A stretch of DNA of 63,061 bases, filler included, from Octopus bimaculoides (taxonomy: Eukaryota): assembly GCF_001194135.2 (NCBI RefSeq). It is 5 parts of 4 records of this genome, joined end to end, with 100 filler letters (N's around TTAATTAATTAA, not from the genome) between each part and the next. Parts side by side here need not be neighbours in the genome. Positions count along the whole stretch, not along the records: positions 20,721 to 29,367 come from NC_068992.1; positions 29,468 to 50,019 come from NC_068985.1; 3 more parts are not named here. One strand, given 5' to 3'. The notes below the pieces were generated by a model. It made no database searches and was not told where the DNA came from. It saw nothing but the letters and a program-made list of their open reading frames with translations. Below, one piece after another: positions 25,859 through 38,975 of this stretch; positions within the stretch are counted from its first letter, which is position 1, and each line of letters begins with the position of its first letter. A program made the position numbers and the translations under genes.

Positions 25859-26567
25859 AGACATCTTAACGCTTCTAAAAGCAAACTTCGTTTGTTTATT
25901 TACGTTTGTCGTAATTTGAATTTAAAATATATTTTTATATTGTTATTATTTTTTTCTCTATAACTAAGATGTCAGATTTATAAGAAAATGAAAAAAATAC
26001 AACCCTTTGACATTCATGCCTTTCCCAAGAGACGTTACAATCAATCATAAATGAAAAACCCCAAACACAAAATCCCAAAAGAAAAATGTAATCAAACAAG
26101 TATTAGACATCAGTATAGAGAGCAATTAACATTTATTACAAACACTATTAACTTCCTATTTCTACTGCAATAACACAACTTTCCAAAATACCTCAAAGTT
26201 TACAAGAGAAGATATTGATACAGAAATACACCCAATAAATATAAATAAATGTGTGAAAAGGAAAAACAAAACAAAAAAGAAGAGCAAAAATGGAATGGAA
26301 ATGTCATTTTAAGTCAAGTGTTGCTATAAAGTTACATCAAGAGAAAGACGTGGAAGTTGCCACGGGTACAAATGTTTTAACTATTATTTCCGACATTTTA
26401 TACATAAACACACACACACATGAATGAACGCACAAAATAGCCTAGCCACAGAGCTATGGAGAAAAACAGTCACCATTACACACATATCTATATACATGTC
26501 TGTTTCACTCTCTCATTCATATATAATACATACACACACATATATATGTCTGTGTCTCACTCTCTCA

Positions 26568-26627
<60 letters not shown>

Positions 26628-27469
26628 CACACACACACATTATATTAGTTGGTAGACTTAATCCATCACTGTGTTTAACACCACCACCATGTCCTTGGGT
26701 AATTTTGGCAAAGACAACTTTGTTGCAAGCATTCAGACCAGGTCTTCAGTTTGAGAATACTTTCCTCCATCTCTCCCACCAGTCTCAAGGCCTGAAATTT
26801 TAAGGGCTGGGGGCAAGTGGATTACATGAATCCCAGTGCTCAACTGGTACTTATTCCATCAACCCCAAAAGGATGAAAGGCGAAGTCAACCTCAGTTGAA
26901 TTTGAACTCAGAATGTAAATATAGACAAAATGCCACTAAGCATTTTGTCTGCTGTGTGAACAATTCTGCCGTCTCTCTACCAATAATAACAATAATAATA
27001 ATAATAACAAGAGCACTCTTGGTGTAGAGGAGATACATGGCACCCCAGTTGGGGGAAGAGAGAATGATGGTAAAGAGTTATCTGGATGTGGCCTCAAGCT
27101 ACAGGAAAATGAATATTTTAGAAGTGGTCCAGAGGATTGCTTTGCAGCCATTTGGTTTTGGATTCAATCAAACTGTGTGCCATCTTAAGCAAGTGTCTTC
27201 TGCTATAGCTTTGGACCAACCAATGATTGTGAGTGAATTTGAATGATGATGATGGAATACACTGGCTGAAAATATACCACAGTTTTTCGGCTATGTACAG
27301 TTTTTCAGTGTCAATTAGTCAAGATTGACCATGCACCGACGCATATGTGCAGCCATAGGCACACATGTTTATTGACACATTTAAATACTGTTTTAAATGC
27401 CTGATTTTTATTGTTAAATCTTCAAATAGGCATGAAATAGATACTAAATACCACCACAATGTCCAGTCC

Positions 27470-27940
27470 TTGCTGCTGTGTGGTTACTTGTGTGCCTTAA
27501 TGATCCTGAGAGCTATGCTGGATAGGTCAAAGGATAGAGGCCGGGCTAATAGGGACCACCTCTTCACAAAGGTAAAAACGGGTTTGCATGGGGCCAACAT
27601 CCCTGTCTAGGAAAAAGAAAAGTTTTAGAAGCATTGGTGACAATCCAAAAGCAAGAAGCCCTTGGAAAGGGAGGCTTTTCCTGCAGGGAAGCATATAACA
27701 GAGTGTAGCAAAATCTGGAAAGAAAAACCAACATCCAGTATTACACTTACATGTCAGGCCCTGACCTGGAACCCAGAGAGGAGGCAAAGAAAGGATACCC
27801 TAAAATTGATGAAGATGGGATACTCAGGCAGGGCTGAAAAAGCAGGGATACAGTTGGAAAGGAACTGAAAAGACAGCCCAGAGACAAGAACAGTGGAGAA
27901 AATTTGTTGATAGCCTATGCACACAGAGGAGAGAAGGACT
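27470..27940 (+). mobile_element. Internally deleted RTE-clade LINE remnant
   Basis: RTE-like leader ATGATCCTGAGAGCTATGCTGG followed by 3' RT tail ITLTCQALTWNPERRQRK...WRKFVDSLCT. Confidence 0.65.
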
Positions 27941-28353
27941 TCAGGAAAAAAAAATACATTAAATAGATGAGCCAACGTGAAAGACTACCCCTTACGTGGT
28001 TGCTCAAACTGTTAAAATAAGCAAATTTCATTCAGATCAGATAACTTGCTGTCTTAAAAAATGGACACTACTGGACACCTGGAAGATTTTGCCTGATTCT
28101 TAGTAAACTTTATGTCATGAATTTAGAAATGGTTCTTTGATTCCTTCACTGTTATTCTGCATGAACACATGCACACTTACATTACATAATGCTTTAAAAA
28201 ATTTAAAAAAACTATAAAGTAGTATTTCAAGTCTGATTCTGTATATAGGTATATAGGTATATAGAATTAAATTATGGGAAGGGATGCTTAGTAATAAATT
28301 AAACAGTGGGGTTTATATTAGAATGTGTCATTTTATTTCTAGAAGGGCAAGCT

Positions 28354-28457
<104 letters not shown>

Positions 28458-29052
28458 TACATGGTAGAAAATGGGGGAAAACAGAGAGCCGTCGCAGTAA
28501 TAGTATAATTAAGCACAGAACTGGTTAGGTTCCTGAACATAAAAAAATAAAAAAACAATTGTAGAAAAAAACATTCTACATCCACCCCACCTTCCCCCTT
28601 CCATTGTCTCACTGCTGCATACGAATTCACCACTACATTGCATTTAAACTTGCTGTTATCAGAGAGATAGCTGTCTGATGATAATGATATTGGAATAATT
28701 ATGTTAACGCCCAATTAATTATAAAGAGAGCCACACAAACACAAACACACATCCATTGAGGAATTATAGAAGTTATAAAGATAGGAAAGAGTTGAACAAA
28801 TTGTGGGGGTGGGGGAGGAAACACCCCCACCCAGATAAAATTAAGTGAAAAGCCTTGCCCTAATTTCTTTGCTATATGAATCCACGTATCAACAGGGCAT
28901 GCAACAACATTTTATGCTTTTAATGTTTCATTGGTGAATAATGAAGAAATGAATACCAGTTATACACTATTGTGAATTGAAAAACTGAGCAGTCACACAC
29001 ACACACACATATATATCATTCAACCCATGCCAGTATAGAAAGCAGATGTTAA

Positions 29053-29343
29053 CCCATTACCTACCAGTGATCTCATATGAGATCACTTAAAAATTACAAA
29101 TTTCGTAATTATCTGTCAATGTTTACACATAGGTAACCTTTTTGCTATATCTACTAGGTATATTTCTCTGATATTCAAATGAGGTTTGCTAATTTTTCAC
29201 CCAATATCTCGCTTATTTCTATTTAAAATGCTATTTTGAAATGTTATTTTGATCATTCCAGCATGTTTCTAAGGCTGTTTTATGCTAGAAATCAAAGTTT
29301 CATAAAAAAAATTCCAGTCAATAGAATTATGGGAGGTAATGGG
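29053..29343. mobile_element. piggyBac-type MITE, 291 bp
   Basis: TTAA TSD at 29049-29052 and 29344-29347; TIR CCCATTACCTACCA / TGGGAGGTAATGGG (13/14); 22-bp palindrome at 29066-29087. Confidence 0.9.
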
Positions 29344-29698
29344 TTAAATGATGATGATTGTATATATNNNNNNNNNNNNNNNNNNNNNNNNNNNNNNNNN
29401 NNNNNNNNNNNTTAATTAATTAANNNNNNNNNNNNNNNNNNNNNNNNNNNNNNNNNNNNNNNNNNNNGGAAACCGAGTAATCGGCCCTATAGGTCCTAGA
29501 TCTCAAGACAGTACTTACTATATCTGTATCGGGGTTTTAGTAGAATTGTATGCATTTCTATCACAATTATTCATTACTTAATTCGTGGAGGAATAGTAAT
29601 TTAGTCAACCGCCGAAATTTGCTGAGCCTCACCTCCAAAACTGCATTGGTAATAGCTTTTCATTTTGTTTGTCTGAAAAATTCAAAAGTGTATGTATT

Positions 29699-29748
<50 letters not shown>

Positions 29749-29895
29749 CATAAATTGCACTTCATATTCGAGGTTCCGATGAAGCTATAAGGTTTTACTC
29801 GGCACTCAACTATGAGTTCACTGCATCTTACTGCATCTCATTTTCTTATATATGTGTATATATACTATAGACAGACAGACAGACAGACAGACAGG

Positions 29896-29943
<48 letters not shown>

Positions 29944-30194
29944 GAAGGGCAGGAAGAAAGATATATATATATATATATATATATAAATATGTATGTGTTT
30001 GAGTGAGTGAGTGAGTGAGTGTGATTGTGTATACCTGTGTGCATGAGTGAGAAAGATAAAAGGAGGTGTTTTCTCTGTTTCCTCATCATAGTATTTCTTG
30101 GCCTTATCTCCTAATTAATAAAAATATTCCTTTCATCTGGCAGAAATGGATTCACTGGATGCAGCAAGCATCAAGTTGGAAATCACAGTGTTTA

Positions 30195-30248
30195 TCAAAC
30201 ATTTAGTTCCACGTTGCTCTTTATCAATTTATTATTTTTTCTTCTAAT
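30195..30248 (-). CDS. Candidate terminal coding exon of a minus-strand gene (IRRKNNKLIKSNVELNV* if phase 0)
   Basis: Strong acceptor TCATTGTTTTCCTTCAG in unique sequence, short open frame to TGA, downstream UTR-like sequence; phase and upstream exons not established. Confidence 0.25.
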   Translation of the reverse strand: MRRKNNKLIKSNVELNV

Positions 30249-31046
30249 CTGAAGGAAAACAATGATTAGATTTACATGAATAGAAGAATTACGACGGCTG
30301 ACAAAGAACAGAGGAAATCGTTGGCATTGGTAAATAGCAGTGTTATTCAAAAGGCATTATACCCTATACTTATCGTAGCTTCAGTCTTTTATATTCTTGT
30401 TCATTACACCACATTTGATTTCGCTCAATAATCTTCGGTTCCTGAGTTTTGTTTAGTTTTTCTCTGGATCTGAATCTATCAGCAGTGATTAGATAAAAAT
30501 TGAAAATAGCTTCCGGTTCTAATATAAATGTCGCAGACATGGTTCCGAGATAATTCGTAGTTCTTCATTTATTCATATAAACCCTTTATTTAACTGACAA
30601 ATGAATCTATAACTCTTTAGAATTTTAATATCTAAAGCCATAAATCTTTAAATATCAGATTAAAGATTTATAGTTTCAGAGATTCCGTCATTAGAATGGT
30701 CTTTTAAGTTGTTTGCGGCATTATTTGCTGAAAATCAATACGCAGAAGAAAGCAGAGAATAAAATTTGAAGCTAGATTAAGATTCAATTAGTTTTCTTTG
30801 TTTTGCAATTTAAACAAAATACATCTAAATAAGACGCTTCAAAAAATTTCTCCGCGTCGAAAAACTAGCTGTCATGACATACGAGCCGATTTTGATATTA
30901 GGGTCACAAAGGCTGGCTTTACTCTTGAGAGCCAGAAAGCACTTCCACACCCAACAGTAACTAACCATCTGCAATATACAAACGAAATCCACAATAAAGT
31001 ACTGCTTCCAAATGTGGAACGGTGCTGCTGCTGCTGCTGCTGCTGC

Positions 31047-31086
<40 letters not shown>

Positions 31087-31261
31087 ATACAGTGATGTCC
31101 TAGACCACATTCCCTAAAACGGTTACTCTCCTAACTGGTATGAAGTCACTCACCAAAATAATCCAGCTTCTGAACCATGTATATATTGTCTTCTCTTTCT
31201 TATATTTCTATCGCTACTACGACAATATCTGCTCGTTAGCGCTGTCTGATTATCATTCCAC

Positions 31262-31300
31262 CGCCACTAAATCGCCACTAAATCGCCACTAAATCGCCAC
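31262..31300. repeat. 11-bp tandem repeat x3.5 (CGCCACTAAAT)
   Basis: Direct reading. Confidence 0.95.
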
Positions 31301-31928
31301 ACGTCTTGCCTCCGGTGCTGAATTTGCTGCTATCCTCAGGCCACAAACTAGATAGAAGGGACTGTTTGGATTAAATTTAGCCTATAGTAGTGAGCGTCAA
31401 GGACAAAGTTTGCTTATAGAATGCCCAACCATGCATATTGGAGCTGGGGTGATTTTTGAGACACTTTTGCGAGGAAAATTGTTCGCCTCGTATGCCATCA
31501 AATACGATATGACACTACTTCAAATACTTCCACCCGAGAATACACTTTCTGTCCATACTTAACTAGAAGCCATCGACGTACAGCCGTTCAAGGAGAATAT
31601 TGATCATATCTATCGACGTAATTGGAAAGGCTGAGAAAGCCAAGAGTAAAAATCTAAACTACAAACCAAAACAGTATAAAAATTACCGTTTGGATTTTAT
31701 ATTACTTCTTGCTCTCATTGCGGCGAATTGGTAAAGCTGTTACTGGCATAAATGCTTAGCGGCATTTCTTCCGACTTTTCGTTCTGAGATCAAATGCCAC
31801 CGGGGTCGTCGACTTCGTCTTTCATTCCCTAAATGTTGAGTACTGGGGTCGTTTTAATCGACTTAGCCCCTCCCCGAAATTGCTGGCCTTGTGCCGAAAT
31901 TGAAACCAATATTACTATCTGCTCTGTC

Positions 31929-32125
31929 AGAGAGAGAGAGAGACTCGTAATATTTTATCAGTTGGTAAAAGTTTTTAAATTTTCTAAAGTGAGGTTAAGA
32001 TCTCTTGAAGAGTGGACTGACAGAACCGGAAGTAATACTGGTTTCAACTTTAGGCACAATCTCCAAGAGATCTTAACTTCACTTTAGAAAATTTCAAAAC
32101 GTTTATCAAATGAGAAAATCATATG

Positions 32126-32158
<33 letters not shown>
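31929..32158. mobile_element. Foldback MITE-like element whose inverted arms end in (GA)n/(TC)n
   Basis: Arms 31930-32011 and 32060-32158 align as inverted repeats (roughly 80% by eye), e.g. TTTTCTAAAGTGAGGTTAAGATCTCTTG / CAAGAGATCTTAACTTCACTTTAGAAAA. Confidence 0.75.
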
Positions 32159-32162
<4 letters not shown>

Positions 32163-32407
32163 ACTGTAGGTGCAAGTCGGACTATGTGATTAAGAATGTT
32201 CGCATCGCAACCGCGTATTTCTTTTGGTTAAGTCCCACTACACAGATCATTAGGAAAGCGCAGTCTACTATAACCCCAAGGCTGACCAATGAATTGTGAT
32301 GGAATTTGGTTGACGGATACTATATAGAAACCTATCGTTATATAATTACATTCATACATACATACATACATACATACATACATACATACATACATACATA
32401 CATACAT

Positions 32408-35065
32408 GGTGGTTGTCTACTCCTTATGCAGTGTTTGACCACCTCCTGTACCTACACCTTAGAACCATCATGGCATCTGATGTGGCTTTTTAAACTAGAT
32501 AATGTATTGAAAAGACACCCACATAGACTGCACATATGATTTGGGCCACCGAGAGCTGCAGATAAGTTCTGATCTTTGTGAACGTTAAAATGTCTTTTGA
32601 GGCTTCCGTTAGATTTGCAAACCTTTTGAGGCCTCCGTTAGATTTGCAAACCTTCAAAGATGTGCAGAAACATATAAGCAAAATATTTGGTGGAGGATCG
32701 TATTCCATGGGTTCGCAAATGAGATTTGATCCCACCCAAAGAAAGGCATGGTCTGTCAAAAACTGTGCACACAAAAAGGTCATTGTGATTCACCTCCTCG
32801 ATCGTAACATTCTTCCTTAAATCTCTTTTGAGTCTTGCATGCGTTATCCTGGCCTCTTCACACGCTTTAACTCCACTCCACACTTTTGTTCGCCATCCAG
32901 CTCGATCCAAAGCAAGGACTTATATGTACTCTGGAACCATTCCAAATGACTTCATAGTATTCCTTACGCCGTCCTTAAACCTTTTTTTTTATAGGTTTAC
33001 GCCGATAGAGTTTCTCCTCTGCAAGCTCACCATAAAACAGCTGTTTGGGCATGCTTTCATCCGCCATTTGAATAATATGGCCACACTATCTCATTTGGTT
33101 TCTCAAAACCATAGCTTTAGTTGAGGTGATGCCTGCAGATGCAAAGACATCTGTGTTTGGAATAAAAGAACTCCATTTAATGTTTAAAATGCGATGAAAG
33201 CATTTTTGATGGAATTGTTCTAACAATGTAAAATGCCTTTCATAACAAGTCCATGTTTCAGAAGATTACAACAGGAATGGTAAGACAAATGATTTGTAAA
33301 GAGCAAACTTTGTATTGTTATTTATATGTCGCTGGCACCAAACACATGACTCCAAGCCACCAAATGAATTTGCAGATGTATTTCTGTATCAAGATTTCCA
33401 TCATTTTGTACAGAGCTTCCAAGGTAAATGAAAGAATCGACAACCTCAAGTAACTTACCCTTAACAAAAATTTTAGGGATGGGTTACAAACAGCACTACA
33501 CTCAGGTTAATGCATTACAACTGTTTTTTTTTTCAAGTTGATGGTCAAGCCAAAATTATCACAAGTTGAGTCAAATGCAGATACAAGAGATTGCAGACCT
33601 GTTTCAGAATGACTCACAANNNNNNNNNNNNNNNNNNNNNNNNNNNNNNNNNNNNNNNNNNNNNNNNNNNNNNNNNNNNNNNNNNNNNNNNNNNNNNNNN
33701 NNNNNNNNNNNNNNNNNNNNNNNNNNNNNNNNNNNNNNNNNNNNNNNNNNNNNNNNNNNNNNNNNNNNNNNNNNNNNNNNNNNNNNNNNNNNNNNNNNNN
33801 NNNNNNNNNNNNNNNNNNNNNNNNNNNNNNNNNNNNNNNNNNNNNNNNNNNNNNNNNNNNNNNNNNNNNNNNNNNNNNNNNNNNNNNNNNNNNNNNNNNN
33901 NNNNNNNNNNNNNNNNNNNNNNNNNNNNNNNNNNNNNNNNNNNNNNNNNNNNNNNNNNNNNNNNNNNNNNNNNNNNNNNNNNNNNNNNNNNNNNNNNNNN
34001 NNNNNNNNNNNNNNNNNNNNNNNNNNNNNNNNNNNNNNNNNNNNNNNNNNNNNNNNNNNNNNNNNNNNNNNNNNNNNNNNNNNNNNNNNNNNNNNNNNNN
34101 NNNNNNNNNNNNNNNNNNNNNNNNNNNNNNNNNNNNNNNNNNNNNNNNNNNNNNNNNNNNNNNNNNNNNNNNNNNNNNNNNNNNNNNNNNNNNNNNNNNN
34201 NNNNNNNNNNNNNNNNNNNNNNNNNNNNNNNNNNNNNNNNNNNNNNNNNNNNNNNNNNNNNNNNNNNNNNNNNNNNNNNNCTTTAGGTACTTGCTCAGTT
34301 CTCCAACAGTGACAAATTAATATATTTAAGAGTTCAAACATTATGTCTGCACAGATTCCATCAAACCTTGGAGACTTATTGTTATTCAGCTTATTCACAG
34401 CTAAATAAAGTTGGTTCAAATGCCATCTCTTCTGTAACTGGAAGGTGTCCGATTTTTTATCGCCCTCATGTCAGCGGATGATGGTTTACTCAAAAGTGCA
34501 GAAAAATATTCTACCCAGCGCTTATGAATAGAAGCGGTGTCAGTCAAAAGCAAATGTACATTTGCTGTTCTTACTGGAGCTGTTGAAGAAGATTTGGGGC
34601 TATATGCCTCCTTAACATAGGAGTACAAACCCTTGGCATCATTTCTATCAGCTGCTTCTTGTTTCCCTTTTGCTCTATCATTCCACCATTCCTGTTTGAT
34701 TTTCTTTAGAGCAGTCTGCATCTTCCCTTTCAGATTTCTGTAAGTTTCGCTTGAGTTGAAGTTCAAGAACTGAGAAAGAAATGTATTGCCTAAGTTTTGC
34801 TTTTTGTTTTTTTTAAAGTAGATCATGAATTTCTGCTGATTTATCTGAGAACCAGTCACTGGACATGTGATTTAAATCCCACTGACGAGCTTGCAGCCTG
34901 AAATACTTTTGTTTTGAAATCTTCTCATAGATTGTTTGGGTCAAGATTGATACCTTCTAAGGAATCGTGGAATCTTTGCAAGTTGCCTGATAATTTAAAG
35001 TTTGCAACGTTTAATTTTTTGGGTACTTTAGGACCAGACTGTCCACTTTTAGGCTTTATCGAAAA
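32408..35065 (-). mobile_element. RTE (BovB-like) LINE, 5'-truncated and decayed, (ATGT)n tail
   Basis: Peptides PKKLNV, EWWNDRAK...AADRNDAKGLY...IHKRWVEYFSALL, KSPRFDGICAD, EVVDSFIYLGS, SETWTCY...FHQKCFHRILNIKW, MPKQLFYGEL and terminal zinc fingers; spans gap 33620-34280. Confidence 0.88.
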
Positions 35066-35127
35066 ATTTACATACATAAATTTACATACATACATAATTT
35101 ACTTACATAAATTTACATACATACATA

Positions 35128-35490
35128 GAATTCGCATTTGTACCTATCATCAGAGGTTCGTTAGGTTATGTACCAACAAATTTGTTGGTACATATGTAGG
35201 TTATGTACCAGCAAAACCTAGAAATACTCGATTACACAGAAAAAGAGCAAAAGAAACTGGCGCAGATTCTCCAGATCCAATCTATTAGTTGTTAGTTGTA
35301 CAGTGGAAATTTATAAAACATTCCAAAAATTCTGCATCTGAGATTCTTATGTGAATAGATGCACACACTTGGGTGTATGCATCGACAGATCAACCAACAC
35401 ACCAACTCAAACACATATTTACAAACACCGGGAACTCTCTTTGTTAGCAACCCGCTTGAACTCTCTCAAGAATTAAAAAGAAAAATCATA
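35128..35490 (+). mobile_element. RLE-type LINE, short 3' fragment between (TACA)n arrays
   Basis: EFAFVPII...LQIQSI...KTFQKF; 3' UTR closely matches 55740-55930. Confidence 0.8.
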
Positions 35491-35571
35491 CATACATCCA
35501 TCCATCCATACATACATACATACATACATACATACGTACGTACGTACGTACGTACATACATACATACATAC

Positions 35572-37245
35572 AAACTAGACTAGTAACCTCTCCATCAATG
35601 ATTTGACTGTTTCCCCTGTATCTGACGAGGAATGTTTTAGGTATATAGGGGTGGATGAAAACATATCTTACAATAGCACCTATAACAAAACACGTGTCAC
35701 TAAAGAATATTACAGCCGAATAAAGAAACTTTGGACCTCAGAATTCTCTGCATTCAATAAAACAGTGGCCCACAATGTGTTTGCAGTGCCAGTACTCATA
35801 CCAACATTTGGGCTACTTGATTGGACGCTTGATGAAATCCGAGCGATTGATGTGAAAACCCGAAAAATACTAGCATAATTTCCACATAAATATTGACGTA
35901 TACCGACTCTACCTAAAATGAAATCAAAGCGGCAGAGGCTTAACATCAATCCAAAATGCGTTTGAATGTCGCATCATATTCCTTTGGCAACATCTTCTAA
36001 CCACCAAGTGTCAAAGTGCATCCTTTGACCAAGTTTGCATACATGAGGTTGATAACATCATAAGACTTGGAAGGCAGCATCTGGAGCAACACTCTTTGTC
36101 TGATAACTTAGAATACATGCCCAAGGAAGTCGCACAATTCTACCGCAACGTATCATCAGATGAAAGAATGAGCCTATATGAGCAGAAGACCATGCATGGA
36201 TATGTCAGCAGTAGAAAGCACCGTGATCATAGTAACATCGATCATCAGAGCAGTTGGTCATGGACCAATAGCCGGATTACTACCTTTCACTTTGAAGGGT
36301 ATGCATTTGCAATCCAGGAACAAGAAATATCAACCAAGTACCTGATACACAAAAGGGATAGAGATGCAAGAAAAGCCGTAAAATGTGACGACCGATGCAG
36401 ACTTTGTGGAGTCCACACTGAAGATATCACCCACATCATTAGCAGTTGTCCGAAAATGTCATCACGGTATTATCTAGCGATGAGACATGAAGTTGTAACT
36501 AGGACACTCTATAAAGAAATCCATCGGAAGGATAAGCCCGAGGACAAAGAAATAAGAACCCACAATATAGTAGAAGCCATAGCCACTCATAATAAAAAGG
36601 AATGCTGGTGGAATGTACCAGTGAAGACCTCAATAAAATGTAAGCACAACAGACCTGATATAATGATTTGGGATAGAGAGGAGAAACTGTGCACAGTTGT
36701 GGAAATTAGCTGCCCAACAGATGTTGACATAAGGCTGAAGATCAGGAAAAAAGAGAACACCTATGCTGAACTATTGAGAAATCTGCAGTTACTCTATCGA
36801 GATTACAAGTTCAGATTTATACCTGTAATTATTGAAGCTTTGGAATATGTAGCACACTGCATAAATGCCAATCTTGAGAAATTAGGCTTCTCAAAACCAG
36901 AGAGGAGAAAGCTAATTCGACGACTACAGATCCAGTCCATCACTGGAACTGTAAAAATCTGTAAAACTTTCCAGAAGATTATCATTTAAACATATATAAG
37001 CGTGTCTAGATATGCAGCTATATGCATGAGAATACATGCATGAGAATACATACATAGAACATGCAAATCTGCACATACATACATACATACATGCATACAT
37101 ACATACATACATACATGCATACATACATACATACATACATAATACCCTGTTGTTGATGTGAAATTCCAATGAAGGAGCCTTGAATCTAGGTTAGAAACTG
37201 GTTCTTTCTCTATTGGCAAGAAATCTTGGAATAAACTGAACAATG

Positions 37246-37246
<1 letters not shown>
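35572..37246 (+). mobile_element. RLE-type (R4/Dong-like) LINE, 5'-truncated
   Basis: RT C-terminus (FRYIGVDE, HNVFAVPVLIPTFG), CCHC knuckle CRLCGVHTEDITHIISSC and PD-(D/E)xK nuclease RPDIMIWDREEKLCTVVEISCP in ORF 36096-36989; (TACA)n at both ends. Confidence 0.9.
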
Positions 37247-37278
<32 letters not shown>

Positions 37279-38456
37279 CATACAAACATACATGCATGCA
37301 TACATTCATACATACATACATATGTAATTGTGCCTGAGTGTATGGATGGATTGATTGATGGATGAATGGATGGATGGATGGATGGATGGATGGATGGATG
37401 GATGGATGGATGGATGGACGGATGGATGGGGCAAGAGTTTGTATTCTTGTAGATCTCTTTCTACTTAACAACCGATCGGATATGTACCAGACTCAAAATA
37501 TAAGTACCAGACTGAAAGAATAATACAGGAGTCGGTGTAATTGACCAAATCGTTCAATATGGTGCCTCAGTATGGCTGTTGTTCAGCAAACGAAACAAAT
37601 AAAGGAGTAAAGTAATANNNNNNNNNNNNNNNNNNNNNNNNNNNNNNNNNNNNNNNNNNNNNNNNNNNNNNNNNNNNNNNNNNNNNNNNNNNNNNNNNNN
37701 NNNNNNNNNNNNNNNNNNNNNNNNNNNNNNNNNNNNNNNNNNNNNNNNNNNNNNNNNNNNNNNNNNNNNNNNNNNNNNNNNNNNNNNNNNNNNNNNNNNN
37801 NNNNNNNNNNNNNNNNNNNNNNNNNNNNNNNNNNNNNNNNNNNNNNNNNNNNNNNNNNNNNNNNNNNNNNNNNNNNNNNNNNNNNNNNNNNNNNNNNNNN
37901 NNNNNNNNNNNNNNNNNNNNNNNNNNNNNNNNNNNNNNNNNNNNNNNNNNNNNNNNNNNNNNNNNNNNNNNNNNNNNNNNNNNNNNNNNNNNNNNNNNNN
38001 NNNNNNNNNNNNNNNNNNNNNNNNNNNNNNNNNNNNNNNNNNNNNNNNNNNNNNNNNNNNNNNNNNNNNNNNNNNNNNNNNNNNNNNNNNNNNNNNNNNN
38101 NNNNNNNNNNNNNNNNNNNNNNNNNNNNNNNNNNNNNNNNNNNNNNNNNNNNNNNNNNNNNNNNNNNNNNNNNNNNNNNNNNNNNNNNNNNNNNNNNNNN
38201 NNNNNNNNNNNNNNNNNNNNNNNNNNNNNNNNNNNNNNNNNNNNNNNNNNNNNNNNNNNNNNNNNNNNNNNNNNNNNNNNNNNNNNNNNNNNNNNNNNNN
38301 NNNNNNNNNNNNNNNNNNNNNNNNNNNNNNNNNNNNNNNNNNNNNNNNNNNNNNNNNNNNNNNNNNNNNNNNNNNNNNNNNNNNNNNNNNNNNNNNNNNN
38401 NNNNNNNNNNNNNNNNNNNNNNNNNNNNNNNNNNNNNNNNNNNNNNNNNNNNNNNN

Positions 38457-38523
<67 letters not shown>

Positions 38524-38599
38524 CGATATGTTGTTAAATCTTATTCTGTCGTTGTTTGTATTATTTAATAACAAAATTTTCTTTCGCAAAATACCCTGT

Positions 38600-38975
38600 G
38601 TCAAAAATTATACTGCTACGACTGCTGAACGGGCAACAATAGAAGATAAAGTTTAAATCAGGAGGATTCTTTTTTTAACTGTTAGCAATCACTTTGCCTC
38701 TTCGTCAAGATATTTGATTTATGCTCTTATATGTAAGAGAGGTAATGAAGATTATATAGGACACGCGAAATGTAACTTGGTTGGTTTTTCAGCATCAAAA
38801 AATATAGGATCCTAACACTAGATAGATTTCACTAAGTGAACATTTAGATTTATGTGCAACTAGCAAATCCCCCAAAGTCCTAGTCTTCTGTCTTCTATTT
38901 TGATAAAACCACAGATTAAGCACAAAGACTTATACTCATTACAAACTAGAAGCTATAGCTGAATAATCGAATAGA
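38600..38975 (+). mobile_element. Penelope-like element, GIY-YIG endonuclease remnant
   Basis: TVSNHFASSSRYLIYALICKRGNEDYIGHAKCNL...SLSEHLDLC fits LIY.L.C..C...YIG.T...L...H. Confidence 0.65.

Noticed and set aside
29468-29802. Hammerhead halves GAAACCGAGTA (29469) and CCGATGAAGC (29776); related CCGATGAAGC on the minus strand near 54045
   Set aside because: Halves are in the wrong order about 300 bp apart with no convincing stem I; cannot be folded into one ribozyme
30300-30700. Minus-strand frame DPEKKLNKTQEPKII...
   Set aside because: Weak acceptor, ends in a stop, and the surrounding sequence looks like DNA-transposon internal sequence
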